This document shows, in pieces, positions 1 through 15,354 of a DNA stretch of 64,000 bases. The notes beneath the pieces were generated by a model, which had not been told where the DNA came from, did not search any database, and was given only the letters and a program-made list of their open reading frames with translations. Within the stretch, counting starts at the first letter, position 1; each line of letters opens with the position of its first letter. Made by a program: the position numbers and the translations under genes. Source of the stretch: the human T2T-CHM13v2.0 reference genome, Homo sapiens; assembly GCF_009914755.1 (NCBI RefSeq), contig NC_060926.1; one strand, given 5' to 3'.

Positions 1-1734
1 AAAAGAGTGGCAAACCCGCATTTTGGGTCTTTTCTCTTCTTTTATCTTCCTCACTGGCTACTGTCATCTGTAAAGAGCTCCAAGTCTTCATGTATAGAAA
101 GCATTCAATGGGCAAGGAAGGCCCAGTCCCTACACTGGGGGATCTGCTGGCTCTACACTTCAGAGACCCACAGCTTGAAGGACAAAGTTTGCCCTCAAGT
201 GATTTCTTCAACATCAGCCAGTTTTCCCTGAAATGTGACTGACTCATGTTCAGGGGAGCTGATATTCTAGTTGGAAAGGGGGAAGGGGAGACAGGATTGT
301 GAGAAGGGTTGTTCTCCATTTTCAAAATAAAGAACTTCGACTACTGCACTTCCCCAAATGAGGCTTTCTCTCCAGGCACATCTTCTGGTTCACAAGCTGC
401 TCAAGAAGGGCAGGAAGGGTCACCGCAAATCCCATCCCATTGTTCCTCCAGATCCAGCTTCCCAGAGATTACAGTCAGCTCATCTGGAAAGGAGCCTGTG
501 AGATCGGCGAAGTCCTAGTGTAACACATTCCAAGGAACACCTCTGATTCATTACTCTTTGGAGACTGGCTCCCATTAGCAATTACTGGAAATAATGGCTG
601 TCCACAGAGCATGGCCGGGAGTGTGGCATGCAGGGAGGATATCATAAGGTGGGCCACTGATGTGTGGAAATTAACCCAGGAGCCCACAAAGGCAACAGCT
701 ATGGGCCTGGTAGGATCTGAAGATTTCTTCTCCAGTGGCTCCTGGAGGCCTCCCTGCATTGGTTTGTGCATCTATATCCTCAACATTGAGAGTATCCAGC
801 TGGGAATAGTGTCTACCTCAAGTCTTGGGTCCTTGGTCCCTCAAAGGTGCATGGTACCTCCAGCTGCAGAAAACATGGGGGAAGAGCTACATGACAAGTC
901 ATAAGAAGCTCTCTGGAAATATCTCCCAGGTGCCCTCTTCTAAACAGAAATGCTTCTCTGTCAAAGCAGGCCTCCCTGTGGGTGCCTGGGCCTTCCTATC
1001 TAGGCTAGGCTCTGGATGTCTACACCAGCCTCGTAAGCACACCCCTTCCCAGTGCTGAGAGGCTGTTTACAGCAGGGCCGCGCATCCTTTCTGAGGCCAA
1101 AACTGAAACAACAACAGAAACAACATAAAACCCCCTTTCTGAACCACAGCTCTGGCTTGGCGTGTAATTTTTGAGAATATACTTCTCTATTCCTTGAATG
1201 GTTACCTTTGTCTTTATGGCCCTGCTATTTATATGCTCTGAGAACTCTCCAGAAACTCCTTTTCCAAGAAATGAGCTAGCCCTTCAGTGGCCATGTTTAC
1301 AGAATTTCCTGTTTTCATGATATCTGAAGAGGACAAAACTTTGGAACCTTCCAAAATAATCAGGGTTTCTGACAAACCTTGTGGACCAATGTTACTGCAT
1401 TCCAACTACATGCAAACTACCTGTCACATCCAAACCTCAAAGCCTCCCCCAATTCCTTACTCTTTAGTTATTTCCTCCCCTTTCCCCCAGTCCCATAGCT
1501 ATGGTGTGAGAATGGAGTTTCCACTCGGCAGCTGAGATCTGGAGTTAGAGTGGAGGAAAGTGGGTCAATTTCCCCTCTCCCCTATAGACATAAGTATACA
1601 TGTACACATACCCGGGCCCATTTGAGGACAAGCCATCCATTATGCAATGAGGTCATAGGTGGCACTCCAGTCCTGGTGAGTGTTGTGGTACAGTGGGAAA
1701 AAAAAGAGGTCTCTGGAGCCATAAGGACAGAATC

Positions 1735-1860
1735 TTGGCTCCATTAGTTGTGAGAAGTGATCACGTGCTCACTGAGTCTGTTTCTTCATCTGTGAAATGG
1801 ATTGTTCTGAGGACAGAGATATGATCACATGTTATGGGATCAATAGATGGCAGTAGCTAT
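1735..1860 (+). mobile_element. MIR fragment
   Basis: Degenerate MIR core 'ctgagtctgtttcttcatctgtgaaatgg...ttctgagga'. Confidence 0.55.
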
Positions 1861-2299
1861 TGGTAATGATGATGTCATTTTCATCATCATTATTGTCATC
1901 ATTGTCATGGCTAGTAAGCCTACAGATCTTTAAAAAATAGCTCCTGGGCTATAAACTAATTTCCAGCTAACATTCTTACTGGGCCAAAGTAATGTTAGGT
2001 CTAAATTTTTCAGGTTCTGGGTCTGAGCTACAGAGATTTATACACTGCATGCTGTTGTCAGCAAAGATTATAGGCTCTCCCCCATGTGTGAGTGCACATG
2101 TGTATGTACACAAGGCCTCCTATAGACAATGCACTTTCCATTGTGCCACAGAGCCAGCTAGGCCTTCTATGGAGAATGAAGTCAATCTCTTCCTGCACCT
2201 TCATGGGTTAAAGAAAGCAGGATGAAAACATTTATTCTCTTTTTTCAGGATCTCACCATCAGATTAGCCACCCTTTGACTACTGAGACATTTAAGAGTT

Positions 2300-2304
<5 letters not shown>

Positions 2305-2340
<36 letters not shown>
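2305..2340. repeat. (CA)n microsatellite
   Basis: Pure AC dinucleotide run of about 18 units. Confidence 0.98.
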
Positions 2341-2345
<5 letters not shown>

Positions 2346-3413
2346 CACAGGACAACTATTTGGAGGCAAATAAAGCAGGCAGATTCTGGAGAAGAGTCAA
2401 CACTTACAAAAAGAGAATGGCAGATGACCCAAATGTTGGAATTAGCAGGTAAGGATTTTAACTATGTTCAGTCATGTAAAGGAAAAGATGCTCCTAATGA
2501 ATAAAAAGTTGTAAAATTTCATCAGAAAAATACAAACTATAAAAAGCAACCAAATAAAAATTCTAGACTAAAACATAACATATCTGAAATAAAAATTCAT
2601 CCTCTAGCAGAATAGAGACAACATAGGGAAGAGTCCATGAACTTGAAAAGGGATCAGATGAAAATGATCCAATCTAAAGAAAAGAGAGAAAAATGGCAGA
2701 GAAAAAATTGAACAGTCTCAAGGACTGGTTCAAAAATATTAAAATGTCTAACATAGGAGTAATTGGAGTTCTAGTTACTCTAGTAATTGGTACTCTTACT
2801 TCTAGGAGGGAAGAGAGTAAATGGAGCAGAAATAAATTCCCAAATATGATGAAAGGTATAAAACTTTTGATTCAAGAAGCTCATGATACTCCAAGCAGAG
2901 TAATACCTAGAGATATCATAGTTATACGCTGAATTCATAAATAAGGGAAAAACGATTGAAATCAGCTAAATAAAAATGGCACATCACACGAAACAAAAAA
3001 GCAATATTTGCTGATTTCTGATAAACAATGGAGGCCAAAAGATAGTGAAACAACATCTTTAATGTGCCACAAAAAATTGTCAACCCAGAATTCCATATGT
3101 AGCAAAATTATCCTTCAAGAATGAAGGCAAAATAAAGACATTTCAGAAGGCTAAGAGAATTCATCGCCAGTAGATCTGTATTATAAGAAATACTAAAGGA
3201 AATTCCTTTAGTATTTCCTGAAGAGAAACGATCCTGTTGGAAATAGTGAATTTCTAGATAAATAGAAAAGACTGGTGCTTTTTCTCTTTATTTATTTAAA
3301 ATACATATGATTCTTTAAAGCAAAATTTATGTCTTATGGGGTTTGTCACTTAGATGTGATGCATATGAAAATTGCAGTATAAAGAGTGATTAGGGATGGG
3401 TAGTTTTATATAA

Positions 3414-3757
<344 letters not shown>

Positions 3758-3822
3758 AAGTGGCACAATCTTTAATAGATTGTGAAAAGTAAGGGAAATG
3801 CATTGTAATCTCTACACAATCA

Positions 3823-4170
<348 letters not shown>

Positions 4171-5234
4171 TCAAGAAAGAATTCTAAAATATGTTACAAT
4201 AAGTTTAAAAGAAAGCAGAAAAAGAATAAAGGAACAGAAATCAGAGGGGATGTAGTCAGAAAACAAATGGTAAAATGAAAGACACATATCCAAATGTGTC
4301 AATAATTACTTTAAATGCTCATGGACTAAAAACTCCAATTAAAAACAAAGATTGTCAAAATGGATAAAAAAGCTTTCTATAAGAGATGCATTTTAAACAG
4401 AAAGAAACAGATATATTAAGAAGAAATAAATAGAAAAAGAAATACCATGAAAAGAGTATAAGAAGAATATAGGACTGTTGAAGTGGCTATATTATTATCA
4501 GATGACATTAAATTCAAAATAAGACTACTGCCAGACATAGAGTGGGATATGTTATAATGATAAGAATTAAGAATTAATTCATCAGAAGACATTATAATCA
4601 TAAACGTATATAGGCCTAGTAACAGAGCTTCAAAATAAATGAAGCAAAAATGACAGAATTAAAAGAAGTAGACAATCCCACAATCATAGTTGGAAATTTT
4701 AACATCTCTCAATGACTGTTGATAGAAAAACTAGGCCCAAAATCAGTTCAGATATAGATGATCTATGTAATACCACCATCACCTTGACTTGATTGATATT
4801 TATAGAACACTACACCCAACCATTGCAAAATATATCTTCTTTTCAGGTGCACATGGAGCTTTTGTCAAGGTAAAGCATACGTTAATCCATAAAATAAGTC
4901 TTGGTGAGTTGGAAATAATTGAAATCTACAGAGCATTTTCTCTGACCACAATGGAGTTAAGTTAGAAATCGGTAACAATAAGATATCTAGGAAGACTCCA
5001 CGTGTTTAGAGTCAAACAACTCACTTATTTTAAAAAAACCCATGAATTAAAGAAGAAATCACAAAGACAATTAGAAAAGCTTTTGAACAGATGAAAATGA
5101 AAATGTTACATATGAAAATTTATGAGCTCTAATTAAAGCAATGTTTAGAAGGAAATCTAGAGTTTTACATACTTACATTGGAAAGAGCAAAGGTCTAAAA
5201 TCCATAACCTAAGTTTGCACCTTAAGAGTCTAAA

Positions 5235-5375
5235 ATGAGAGAAGAAAGAAAGAAGAAAAAAAGTAAGAAAGGAAGGAAAGGAGAAAGGAGGAAAGGAGGG
5301 AGAATGGAAGGGAGGGGAAAAATACAAGAAAAGGAAAGAAAAAAAAGAAAACCCAAAGTAAGTAGAAAGGAAAGA
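5235..5375. repeat. GA-rich low-complexity tract within L1
   Basis: (GGAA)/(GAAA)-like purine run. Confidence 0.8.
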
Positions 5376-5659
5376 AATTCTATATATAATAACAGAAATA
5401 AATGAGATAACAACAAAGAATAGAGAAAATTAACAAAGCCAAAAGTCTGTTCTCTGAAAAGATCAACTCTAGCTATACTAATCAAGAAAAGGAGAGAGAA
5501 TACGAATGGTCAATATCAGAATGAAAGAGGGGTTATCACTGAAAATGCTACAAGCATTTAAAAAAAGTATAAAAGCATTATGCTAACAAAATAGACAACT
5601 TAGATGAAATAGACAAATTCCTTGAAAAACACAATGTACCATAACTCATGTAGGAGAGG

Positions 5660-5973
5660 AAATTGAATTGAATTGAATTTATTTATTTAGTTTTTGAGAC
5701 AGGATCTTGCTCTGTTGTCCAAGTGTAAGTGCTAAGGTGTTATTCCAGTCACTGCAGCCTCAACCTCCTGGGCTCAAGTGATTCTCCCACCTCAGCCTCC
5801 CAAGTAGCTGGGAGGTGCATGCCACCATGCCCGGCTAATTTCTGCATTTTTTGTAGAGACGGGGTTTTTATTATGTTGCGCCAGGCTGATCTCGAACTCC
5901 TGAGCTCAAGAGATCTGCCCACCTCAGCCTCCCAAAGTGCTGGGAATACAGGCATGAGCCACTGTGTCCAGCC
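5660..5973 (-). mobile_element. AluJ-like, with tail decayed to (AATTG)n/(ATTT)n
   Basis: 'cactgcagcctcaacctcctgggctcaagtgattctccc' and 'ctgagctcaagagatctgccc'. Confidence 0.9.
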
Positions 5974-6487
5974 AAAATGTATTATTTTTAAAAATCTTCC
6001 ACAAAGAAAAGTTTGGTCAAGATTGTCTCATTAATCCTGTAAAACATTTAAGGAAGAAATATAATAGTATCATTATTTCACAAACTCTTTCAAAAACAGA
6101 GGAGGCAAGAACACTTACCAATTTATTTTAGGTAGTCTTAACTATTGCAATAATGTAAGTAAAAAAAAAAGGCATAAAGATTTTAAAAAGAAGAATTGCA
6201 ACTCACTCCACACACGATGTGATTGTTTATGTGGAAAATCTTAAGAAATGCAAGAAACAACTATTACAACTAATACATCAATTGAACAAGGTCACAGGAT
6301 ACAAGGTTAATATTAAAATATCAATTATACTTTTATATATCAGCAGCAAGAATTTGGGAAATGAAATTAGAAAAACAATTTTATTTACAGTATCTTCAAA
6401 AAGCATAAAATACTCATGAATAAACAACAAAAGATGGACAAGATCTCTATGTTGAAAACTAAACAATTATTGAAAGAAATTAAAGAA

Positions 6488-6488
<1 letters not shown>

Positions 6489-6529
<41 letters not shown>
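6489..6529. repeat. (CA)n microsatellite inside L1 ORF2
   Basis: About 20 AC units. Confidence 0.98.
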
Positions 6530-6533
<4 letters not shown>

Positions 6534-7708
6534 CATGTTTGCAGATTGGAAGACTCAATGTTGTTGAGATGTCAGTTCTCCACAAATTGATCTGTAGAGT
6601 TATTGCAATCCCAGTAATAATGCTAGCAGGAATCTGTTGTAGAAATTTACAAATTGATTCTAAAATTTATATAGACATGCAAAGAATCTAGCGTATCTAT
6701 AACAATCTTGAATTAGGAAAATAAATCTGGAGTGCTCAAACTACATGACTTTAAAACATTATAATACCGACATTGTTGGTTTTATAATTAAGACAGTATG
6801 TTACTGGCATAGGGACTGACAAATAGATCAGTGGATCTGAGAAGAGAGCTGGAAACAGGCCCATGATTACATGGTCATTTGTTTGCCAAAGGTACCAAAG
6901 CAATCAATCCATGGGGAAAGAAAAGTCTTTTCAAAAATGGTGCTGTATTAACTAGATGTTCAGAAGTAAACACACAAAGAAAACTTTAACTTATTTCTCA
7001 CGTCACAAACAAAAATTAATTCTAAATTATTGTAGGGCTAAATATAAAATCATAAAACTTTTAGAGAAAATATAGGAGAGCATCTTCATAACCTGGAGAC
7101 AGGCAAATGTTTATAGACAAACAGGCCACAGAAAGCAATAAACGTAACAGAAAATGAATAAATGTGTCCCTGTCAAAATTAAAAGCTTCTGCTGATAAGT
7201 GATACCATTAAGAAAATAGGCAAGCCATAGATTAGGAGAAAATATTTGCAAAACATCTGAAAAAAGATTGAAATCCTGGGTTTATGAAGAACTCTTTCAA
7301 CTCAATAATAAAAAGATAATCAATCAGAAATGGATGAAACAGTTGAAGAGACAGTTCACAAAAAAGATACACAAATAGCCATTCGGTATATGAAGAGACA
7401 CTTATCATTACTCATTTGGGAGATAAAAATTAAAACCACAACGAGATGCCTCTACACTTTTAACTTAAAGAATAGCTATCACCAAATATTAGTAAGGATG
7501 TGGTAACTTCTTATAAAGCTATACAAACACCTACCCCCTTGACCCAGCAGTACCACTCCTAGGGTTTTTCCCAAGAGAAATGAAAATTATGTTTACAAGA
7601 AGACTCACGGAGAGGAGAACTGCAAACATCAGATGTTCATCAACAGGAGAACGGATAAGCAAACTGAGCTTCATAGAATGGAATATCACTCAGCAATAAA
7701 AAGGAGCA

Positions 7709-7913
7709 GTTCAAGATATTCTCATGCCTCAGCCTCCCGAGTAGCTGGGAGTACAGGGATGCATCACCACGCCTGGCTAATTTTTGTATTTTTAGTAGAG
7801 ACAGGGTTTTGCCATGTTGGCCAGGCTGGTCTCAAACTCCTGGCCTGAAGTGGTCCGCCCACCTCGGCTTCCCAAAGTGCTGGAATCACAGGCGTGAGCC
7901 ACCGTGTCCGGCC
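7709..7913 (-). mobile_element. AluS-like, lacking its 3' part and tail
   Basis: Starts mid right monomer ('gttcaagatattctcatgcctcagcc') and ends 'gtgtccggcc'. Confidence 0.9.
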
Positions 7914-9414
7914 TACAAATAACTTTTTTAAATTAAAAATGTGGTTCCCAGATGCAAATACAATGCGTGTGCTTTGCCCAAATCACCTAAAAATAATAAG
8001 ACATTTTTAGAGTATCAGGCATCCTTTGATTTACTAATATTTATTGATTGCCTAAGATATAAGGCACAGTGAAGCTGGCAGATACACATGTATCTCCTCG
8101 CCTTCAAGGAACTTAAAATGGGCATGAAAAGTGGTCCACAGGAAATTGAAACCATGAAAGAGGTTTTAAATAATGGACTTGATGAGTGTATATACATATG
8201 TTATAGACAAAAACCCAAACAGCCTTCTTTCTTGCTCTCTCTCTCTCTCCTTCCTATCCCATTCCCTCCCACCTGCCAGCATCAACCAGACTCTATACTA
8301 TTTCTCTAACTCATGATACAGGGAAGTCAGGTGTAGTGAGTGTGGCCAGGGTGAGTGAACATTTGAATGGACTCAGCCTGACTCTGGGAACATTTTAGGA
8401 TCTTTGAGGAACATTCTGAGCCTTGCGTCCGCATGCAAGGTTGCAACTACAGTGCAGCCTGTGGCTTTCCTGACCCTGCCTGCAGCTGGTGTGAGGAATG
8501 GCCCCTGGTAAACATGTTTTTCTTGGTTCCAGGCATGCTTTTCCCCACAGCTGTTCTCTTCTGGCATCCAGGTTCAAAAGCATGACCTTGGTCTTCTCCC
8601 TCCCTGGGGGCCCTAATGCAGGGCTGTGTGGTTCTTGGACCCTGGGGCTGCTTTCCACCAGAGGCTCCCTTGCTCTTCCCACCAGGAAGTATATATGTTC
8701 ACAGGGCCTGCAAGAGTGCACGAGCCACTGAGGGAGCCTCCTCCCAGGGTTCTGTGGTTGAGGGCAGATGAGAAAGCTGAAGGCCAGCGATGAGGGATCC
8801 TGGCAGGTCCTCTCCATGAGACATCATCTACTCATCCTTCTCCTCCCATGATGTGGGGAGGCCCACGCTCAGATGCAGTGATTTTGATACTCTGAGATTA
8901 AGCTTCCACTGCAAGAAAATGGGACTCAAAGCAGAAATTATGTTGTTACTCACCAAAATGAAGGCTATGGTCTTATACCAGGGAGCCACCAACTCAGATT
9001 TCTACACCCTACTCCTACATGATGGAAGCTCCATTTAAAAAAAAAAAAGTACACAAATAAAAACAAACAAAATACCCAAAACAGAACAGATAGAACCAAC
9101 AAAAGAACAGGGATAAAAACAAAAATCCCTTCGATTTCCTTTTTGACTGTTTTTTCTTGTCCTATGGGAGACCGACAGCCAGTTGTAGTGGAAAGAGCAT
9201 TGGACAGGGAGTGTGGAGAGCTCATGCCTGTTTCCCATTGTGGGACCCCAGGCAGATCACAGCCCTTCCTGGGACCTCCATCTCCTCCTCATCTGCTCCA
9301 GCTCCCTTGAGATGCCATGATTGATGAAGCTCCCTTGGCCATCACATGGTACACATCTGTGGGGTTAAAGAAGGCATCTCACAGGAAGGGTGAAGAGTCA
9401 CAGCAGCTGGGCAC

Positions 9415-9545
9415 TTTCTGCATATCAGGCCTTGGCTAACTGCCTGTGTGAGATAGGAAAGCCATTTTACAGATGAGGAAACTGAGGCTTAGAATGTTAA
9501 GTACCATGCCTGAGTGAATCAGGATTTGAATCCACATGGACATCG
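9415..9545 (-). mobile_element. MIR fragment
   Basis: 'ccattttacagatgaggaaactgaggcttagaatgttaagt...caggatttgaatcca'. Confidence 0.8.
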
Positions 9546-10249
9546 GGCTTTCACATACATTGGCCCAGGCACAGTTTGAGACTGAAATTAAGAAATTGCA
9601 TTTCACATCATTTTTGTTGGTTTGGTGGTCATAGTTGCTGTTTCTCTGCCATAATTAGAATCCTGCTGGAACCACACCCACCGCTCTTGAAAGATATTAC
9701 TGTAGTGCGCTTCAGTGTTTGCTCCTGGGGAACGCATTATACCTCTGGGAGGCAAGATGCTTTAACAAAGAAGCACAACTGAAAAAAGAATGTCTGTTGC
9801 TTTCTGGATAAAGTATCTGTCATTTGATTCCAGTTTGCTAATCTCAAATGTAGCTTTTAAAATACACTTGTGATTTATTTTCTTTTTGAGAGTCAGGTGG
9901 AGTCCCGCATTTGTGGGACTTCATTTTTGTTTGCAAATACAATACCTTGAATAAAAATGTGCTGTGGAGCAGGCACGATGCCTTCACCAGTGTAGCCGAA
10001 GACATGTGCTATCCTCCCTGGGTCTGCTTTCTGGCCTGCCTGTGGAGGAAGGGGTGGAGGTCAATGTAGGGATGAGAGCCAGGGCCTGGGTATGGGGACA
10101 GTTGATAAGGTAGGGGTCCCATGGACCCAGATCCTGGAAAAGAAACAGGCAAAACTAGAAGGAACTTCTTCTTATCATTCAGTAGAATGTTCCCGGTGAG
10201 GATGTGGACTTTATTCAATTATCCAGAATTGAATGAATCAGTTCCCTGC

Positions 10250-10356
10250 CAGGGTGATCAACTCACCCTTGCTTACCTGGGACTTTCCTGGCTTTAAAAC
10301 CCAAAGTTTCCTGGGAAATTTCTCTGTTCAGGAAAACTGGGATGGTTAGTCACCTT
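10250..10356. mobile_element. hAT-Blackjack MITE (MER81/MER94-like)
   Basis: Imperfect terminal inverted repeats agggtgatcaa ... ttagtcacctt; about 105 bp. Confidence 0.6.
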
Positions 10357-11141
10357 ACCTGGGACCCAGGCTTGGCCACTGAATCTCCCACTACACCTAT
10401 TCACCTATTTTACAGCAAGGCAATTGAGGGAGCCTTGTGTTGACGTTAGAGTTGTGAACATGGTGACTTGAGCTGTAATTTTGTCTCTGGGGCCATGGGA
10501 TTGTTTTCAGTCCCTGGACTTGGAACCCTCATGGACCCCATCTCTTTCTAACCCTGTAGGTGCTGTCAGCCCCTGCTGTAGGCTTGGGCATGCCCTTTCT
10601 GGTTAAACAGTGAGGATGGACAGAGCATAGAATAGCCTCCTGGTCCTGGTAGCCAGTGTGCAGAAGACGGTCCTGAACCTCACGGTGCTCCTGCTTTCTG
10701 ACCTCAGGCAGAGGCCATCCTACAGACAGGAATTTGGAGCCCCAGCTGGAATAGTGTTGGTGCCCCACCTCTACTCCTTGGTTCTAGAAAAATCAATCCA
10801 AGAGTTAGGCATGTTGTATAGCACCCATTCTCCGTATAGTCATATAAGTGTCTGTTTTCAGCACAAGATAGACCCTTTTTCCACTCTGCCCCATGAGGGC
10901 CAATTCCCCCATTCTCCAAGCTCCCCTGAGAAAGGCAGAGGACCCTGTGAGAAGCTGAGCTTTGAGGGTGTCCCTTTCCTGGGAGAGCCATTTTGTATCA
11001 GTGGAAGCAGAAAACACCAACTGGGGGACAAGACAGATTTAAGTGGGCCTGCCTAATACAGCACATTAATACATGCGGATACAATGGTAATCTAAAAGAG
11101 GCCCTGTTCATAGATGACTGTGCAGCACTAAAAGCATCTGA

Positions 11142-11490
<349 letters not shown>

Positions 11491-13249
11491 TCAATTTAAC
11501 TCTTGAAAAGTGCAAAAATACTCTGTTCAGGAAGAGGCAGGTAGAGAATTGTTGACATTTAAATGAGCTTAAAAGGTGAAAATTGCATCCATGGCACTAG
11601 CAACAATTGAAAGCCTATTACAAAGAACACAGGCTTCACTTCCCAAAGTGGAAAGACAACACTAGCAGGGACTTCATAGCCTCCTTGATAAAACAAAATG
11701 AAAGGCAATATAATTTAAAACCATCCTATCAGTATTATTGGATATAGTTCAGATTATGAAGTCATGGTACTGTTGAGAAAAAACAGCCACCAGATTCTCT
11801 TCTTTATGGGCCTGTGGGGCCAGGATGGGGAGATACAGTAAATCATAACACAAGGTCAGTTTTGATTTTCCACTCTCAGACTGAAAAAAGTATATGGAGT
11901 TTGATGTTTGTTTTGGCTAAACCAAATGCTTTTTCAGTAAAATTAATGTTGAATGAATTATAAATAGGCTTTAATATTGAGGGCAGTTGCAAGGAGGTAA
12001 AGGGAAGAAGAAAAGTCACATTCCAGGCATCCAGGACAATTTTTGGTGTGTGGAACCTAACATGCAATAGGTACTTATAACATGTTTGCTAATTAGATGA
12101 AAGCAGCCTTATGTTTCTAATTTGGAGACAAAGGTATAGTGCTAAGCACACAGTAGGCATTCAGATAAATCCTTTTTGTACTGAACTGCAAGCTTGACTG
12201 AACGAGCCTTGCCAGCTTTTGCTACCTCTGAACTCCCTTTCCTAATCTATTTTTCTCTAATTGATACCTCAGACATGAGAATCAAGTTACTTTATGTCAT
12301 TAGAGTACAAGGAATATTCCTGCTGCTAGAGCCTAAGAAATTTGGTCTCTCTCCCAGACTCACACACACAAAAGAAGTACAAACTGCACACTAACCCATG
12401 TCCTAACACAAGTCCAAGTCCTAACCCAAGTCCAAGGTCATACACTCCTGACTCAAGAGCAAGGTTCTCAGGCACAAACACCAACCTCCACCATGGGGTG
12501 CAGTGCACTGTCTCCTGCTGTTTTGCTCAAGACCCTCAGCACCATCACTCAACACTGGCTTAACTCGTCTGTAATCCTCTGGCTTCCTTGGAGGTTTAAA
12601 CCATCTTTCTTCTCCCTGATACAATTCCCTTTAGGGTTGAGTCACTCAGCTCTTTCACTGTCTCACTAACCACACTCTTAGCTCTTAGCTGCATCTCCTG
12701 TCCCTCATCCACTGACCCCTCTTTTAGATTCACTGTGTCACAGTAATAATAATACATCCTGGGTATCAGCTGCACCTTTTCTTCTGCATCCTGCATGCAT
12801 GGGGTCAGTCTGTTTTTATCACATGCCAAACTCAACACAGAACTCAATCCCTCTTGAAGATAACCAAAAAGGTACACTTTTCCAAAACCATTAGTGAGAA
12901 GCACAGACTTTACAGAAGATAATGTAAAGAGACCATGAAAGGGGTTAACATTGCACATTCCAAAGACAAAAAATTAATTCCCCAATGAATAATTTTTCTT
13001 TTTTCCCAAAGTTATTTGTCTTTTGAGGCCTCATTTCTGACCCTCTTCCCACTAGACTCTCCATCCTCACCCAGGAAAATCAACTCCCTATCCTCTCTTA
13101 CTTAGAGTAGCTTCTCTGTCCCTCTGAAGCTTAGGTGTCTAGCCTTGGCTTTTACTCCAATCAAGCTTAATTGAGGTGAGTTCTTTCAGAGTAGGTTCTA
13201 CCCTATAGGAGTCTCATACAATCTCCCTTGAGACATCACCTTCACTATT

Positions 13250-15354
13250 ATCATCACCACCACCACTGCGATCATCGTCACCTCATCACCACCATCACCA
13301 TCACCGCCACCACCACCATCACCACCACCATCACGATGACTGCTACCACCACCACCATCACCACCACCACCACCACCACAACCAGCACCATCACCACCAT
13401 CACCGCCACCACCATCACCATCACCACCACCACCATCACCACCATCACCACCACCACCACCATCACCACCACCACCACCATCACCACCACCACCACCATC
13501 ACTGCCACCACCACCACCATCACCATCACCACCATCACCACCACCACCACCATCACCACCATCACCACCACCACCACCGCCACTACCGTCACCATCACCA
13601 CCACCACCGTCACCACCACCACCACTATCATCACCACCACCACCACCATGATGACCACCACCATCACCACCACCATCACCACCACCACCATCACCACCAT
13701 CATCACCAACACCACCATCACCACCACCACCATCACCACCACCACCATCACCACCATCATCACCACCACCACCATCACCATCATCACTGCCACCACCATC
13801 ACCACCACCACCACCATCACTGCCACCACCACCACCATCACCATCACCACCATCACCGCCACCACCACCACCAACACCACCACCACCACCACCACCATCA
13901 CCACCACCATCACCACCATCACCGCCACTACCGTCACCATCACCACCACCACCGTCACCACCACCACCACTATCATCACCACCACCACCACCATGATGAC
14001 CACCACCACCACCATCACCACCACCATCACCACCACCACCATCACCACCACCACCATCACCACCATCATCACCACCACCACCATCACCATCATCACTGCC
14101 ACCACCACCACCATCACCATCACCACCACCATCACCACCATCATCACCACCACCATCATCACCACCACCATCACCACCACCACCACCATCACCACCGCCA
14201 CCATCACCACCGCCACCATCACCACCACCACCATCACCATCACCACCACCACCACCATCACCATCACGATGACCGCCACCACCACCATCACCACCACCAT
14301 CACCACCACCACCATCACCACCACCATCACCACCACCACCATCACCACCATCATCACCAACACCACCATCACCACCACCACCATCACCATCACCATCACC
14401 ACCATCACCACCACCATCACCATCACCATCACCACCACCATCATCACCACCACCACCATCACCATCATCACTGCCACCACCACCACCATCACCATCACCA
14501 CCACCATCACCACCATCATCACCACCACCATCATCACCACCACCACCACAACCATCACCATCACCACCACCACCACCACCACCATCACCACCGCCACCAT
14601 CACCACCACCACCATCACCACCACCATCACTGCCACTGTCACCACCACCACAACCATCATCACCACCACCACCACCATCACCACCGCCACCATCACCACT
14701 ATCACCATCATCACCATCACCACCACCATCACCACCACCACCATCACCACCACCGCCACCATCACCACTGCCACCATCACCACCGCCATCAACACTACTG
14801 CCACCATCACCACTGCCACCATCATCACTACCATCACCACTACCACCTCCATGACCACCACCACCACCACCACCATCACCACCATCACCATCATCACCAC
14901 CATCACCACCACCACCACCATCACCTGCATCACCATCACCAGCACCACCATCACCACCTCCACCATCACCACCACCACCGCCACCATCACCACCGCCACC
15001 ATCACCACCGCCACCACCACCATCGCCATTGCCACCATCGCCACTGCCACCATCACCAACACCATCGCCATCACCACCACCATCGCCACCATCACCACCA
15101 CCACCACCATCACCACCACCATCACCACCATCACCACCACCATCATCACCACCACCATCACCACCATCACCACCACCACCACCATCATCACCACCACCAC
15201 CACCACCATCACCATCACCACCACCACCATCACCACCATCATCACCACCATCACCATCATCACCACCACCACCATCACCACCACCACTGCCACCATCACC
15301 ACCTCCACCATCACCATCACCACCACCACCATCACCATTACCACCACCACCATC
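13250..15354. repeat. ~2.1 kb compound (ACC/ATC)n trinucleotide array
   Basis: Near-continuous in-register ACC/ATC triplets with sparse GCC/ACT/GTC/ATG/AAC variants. Confidence 0.98.
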
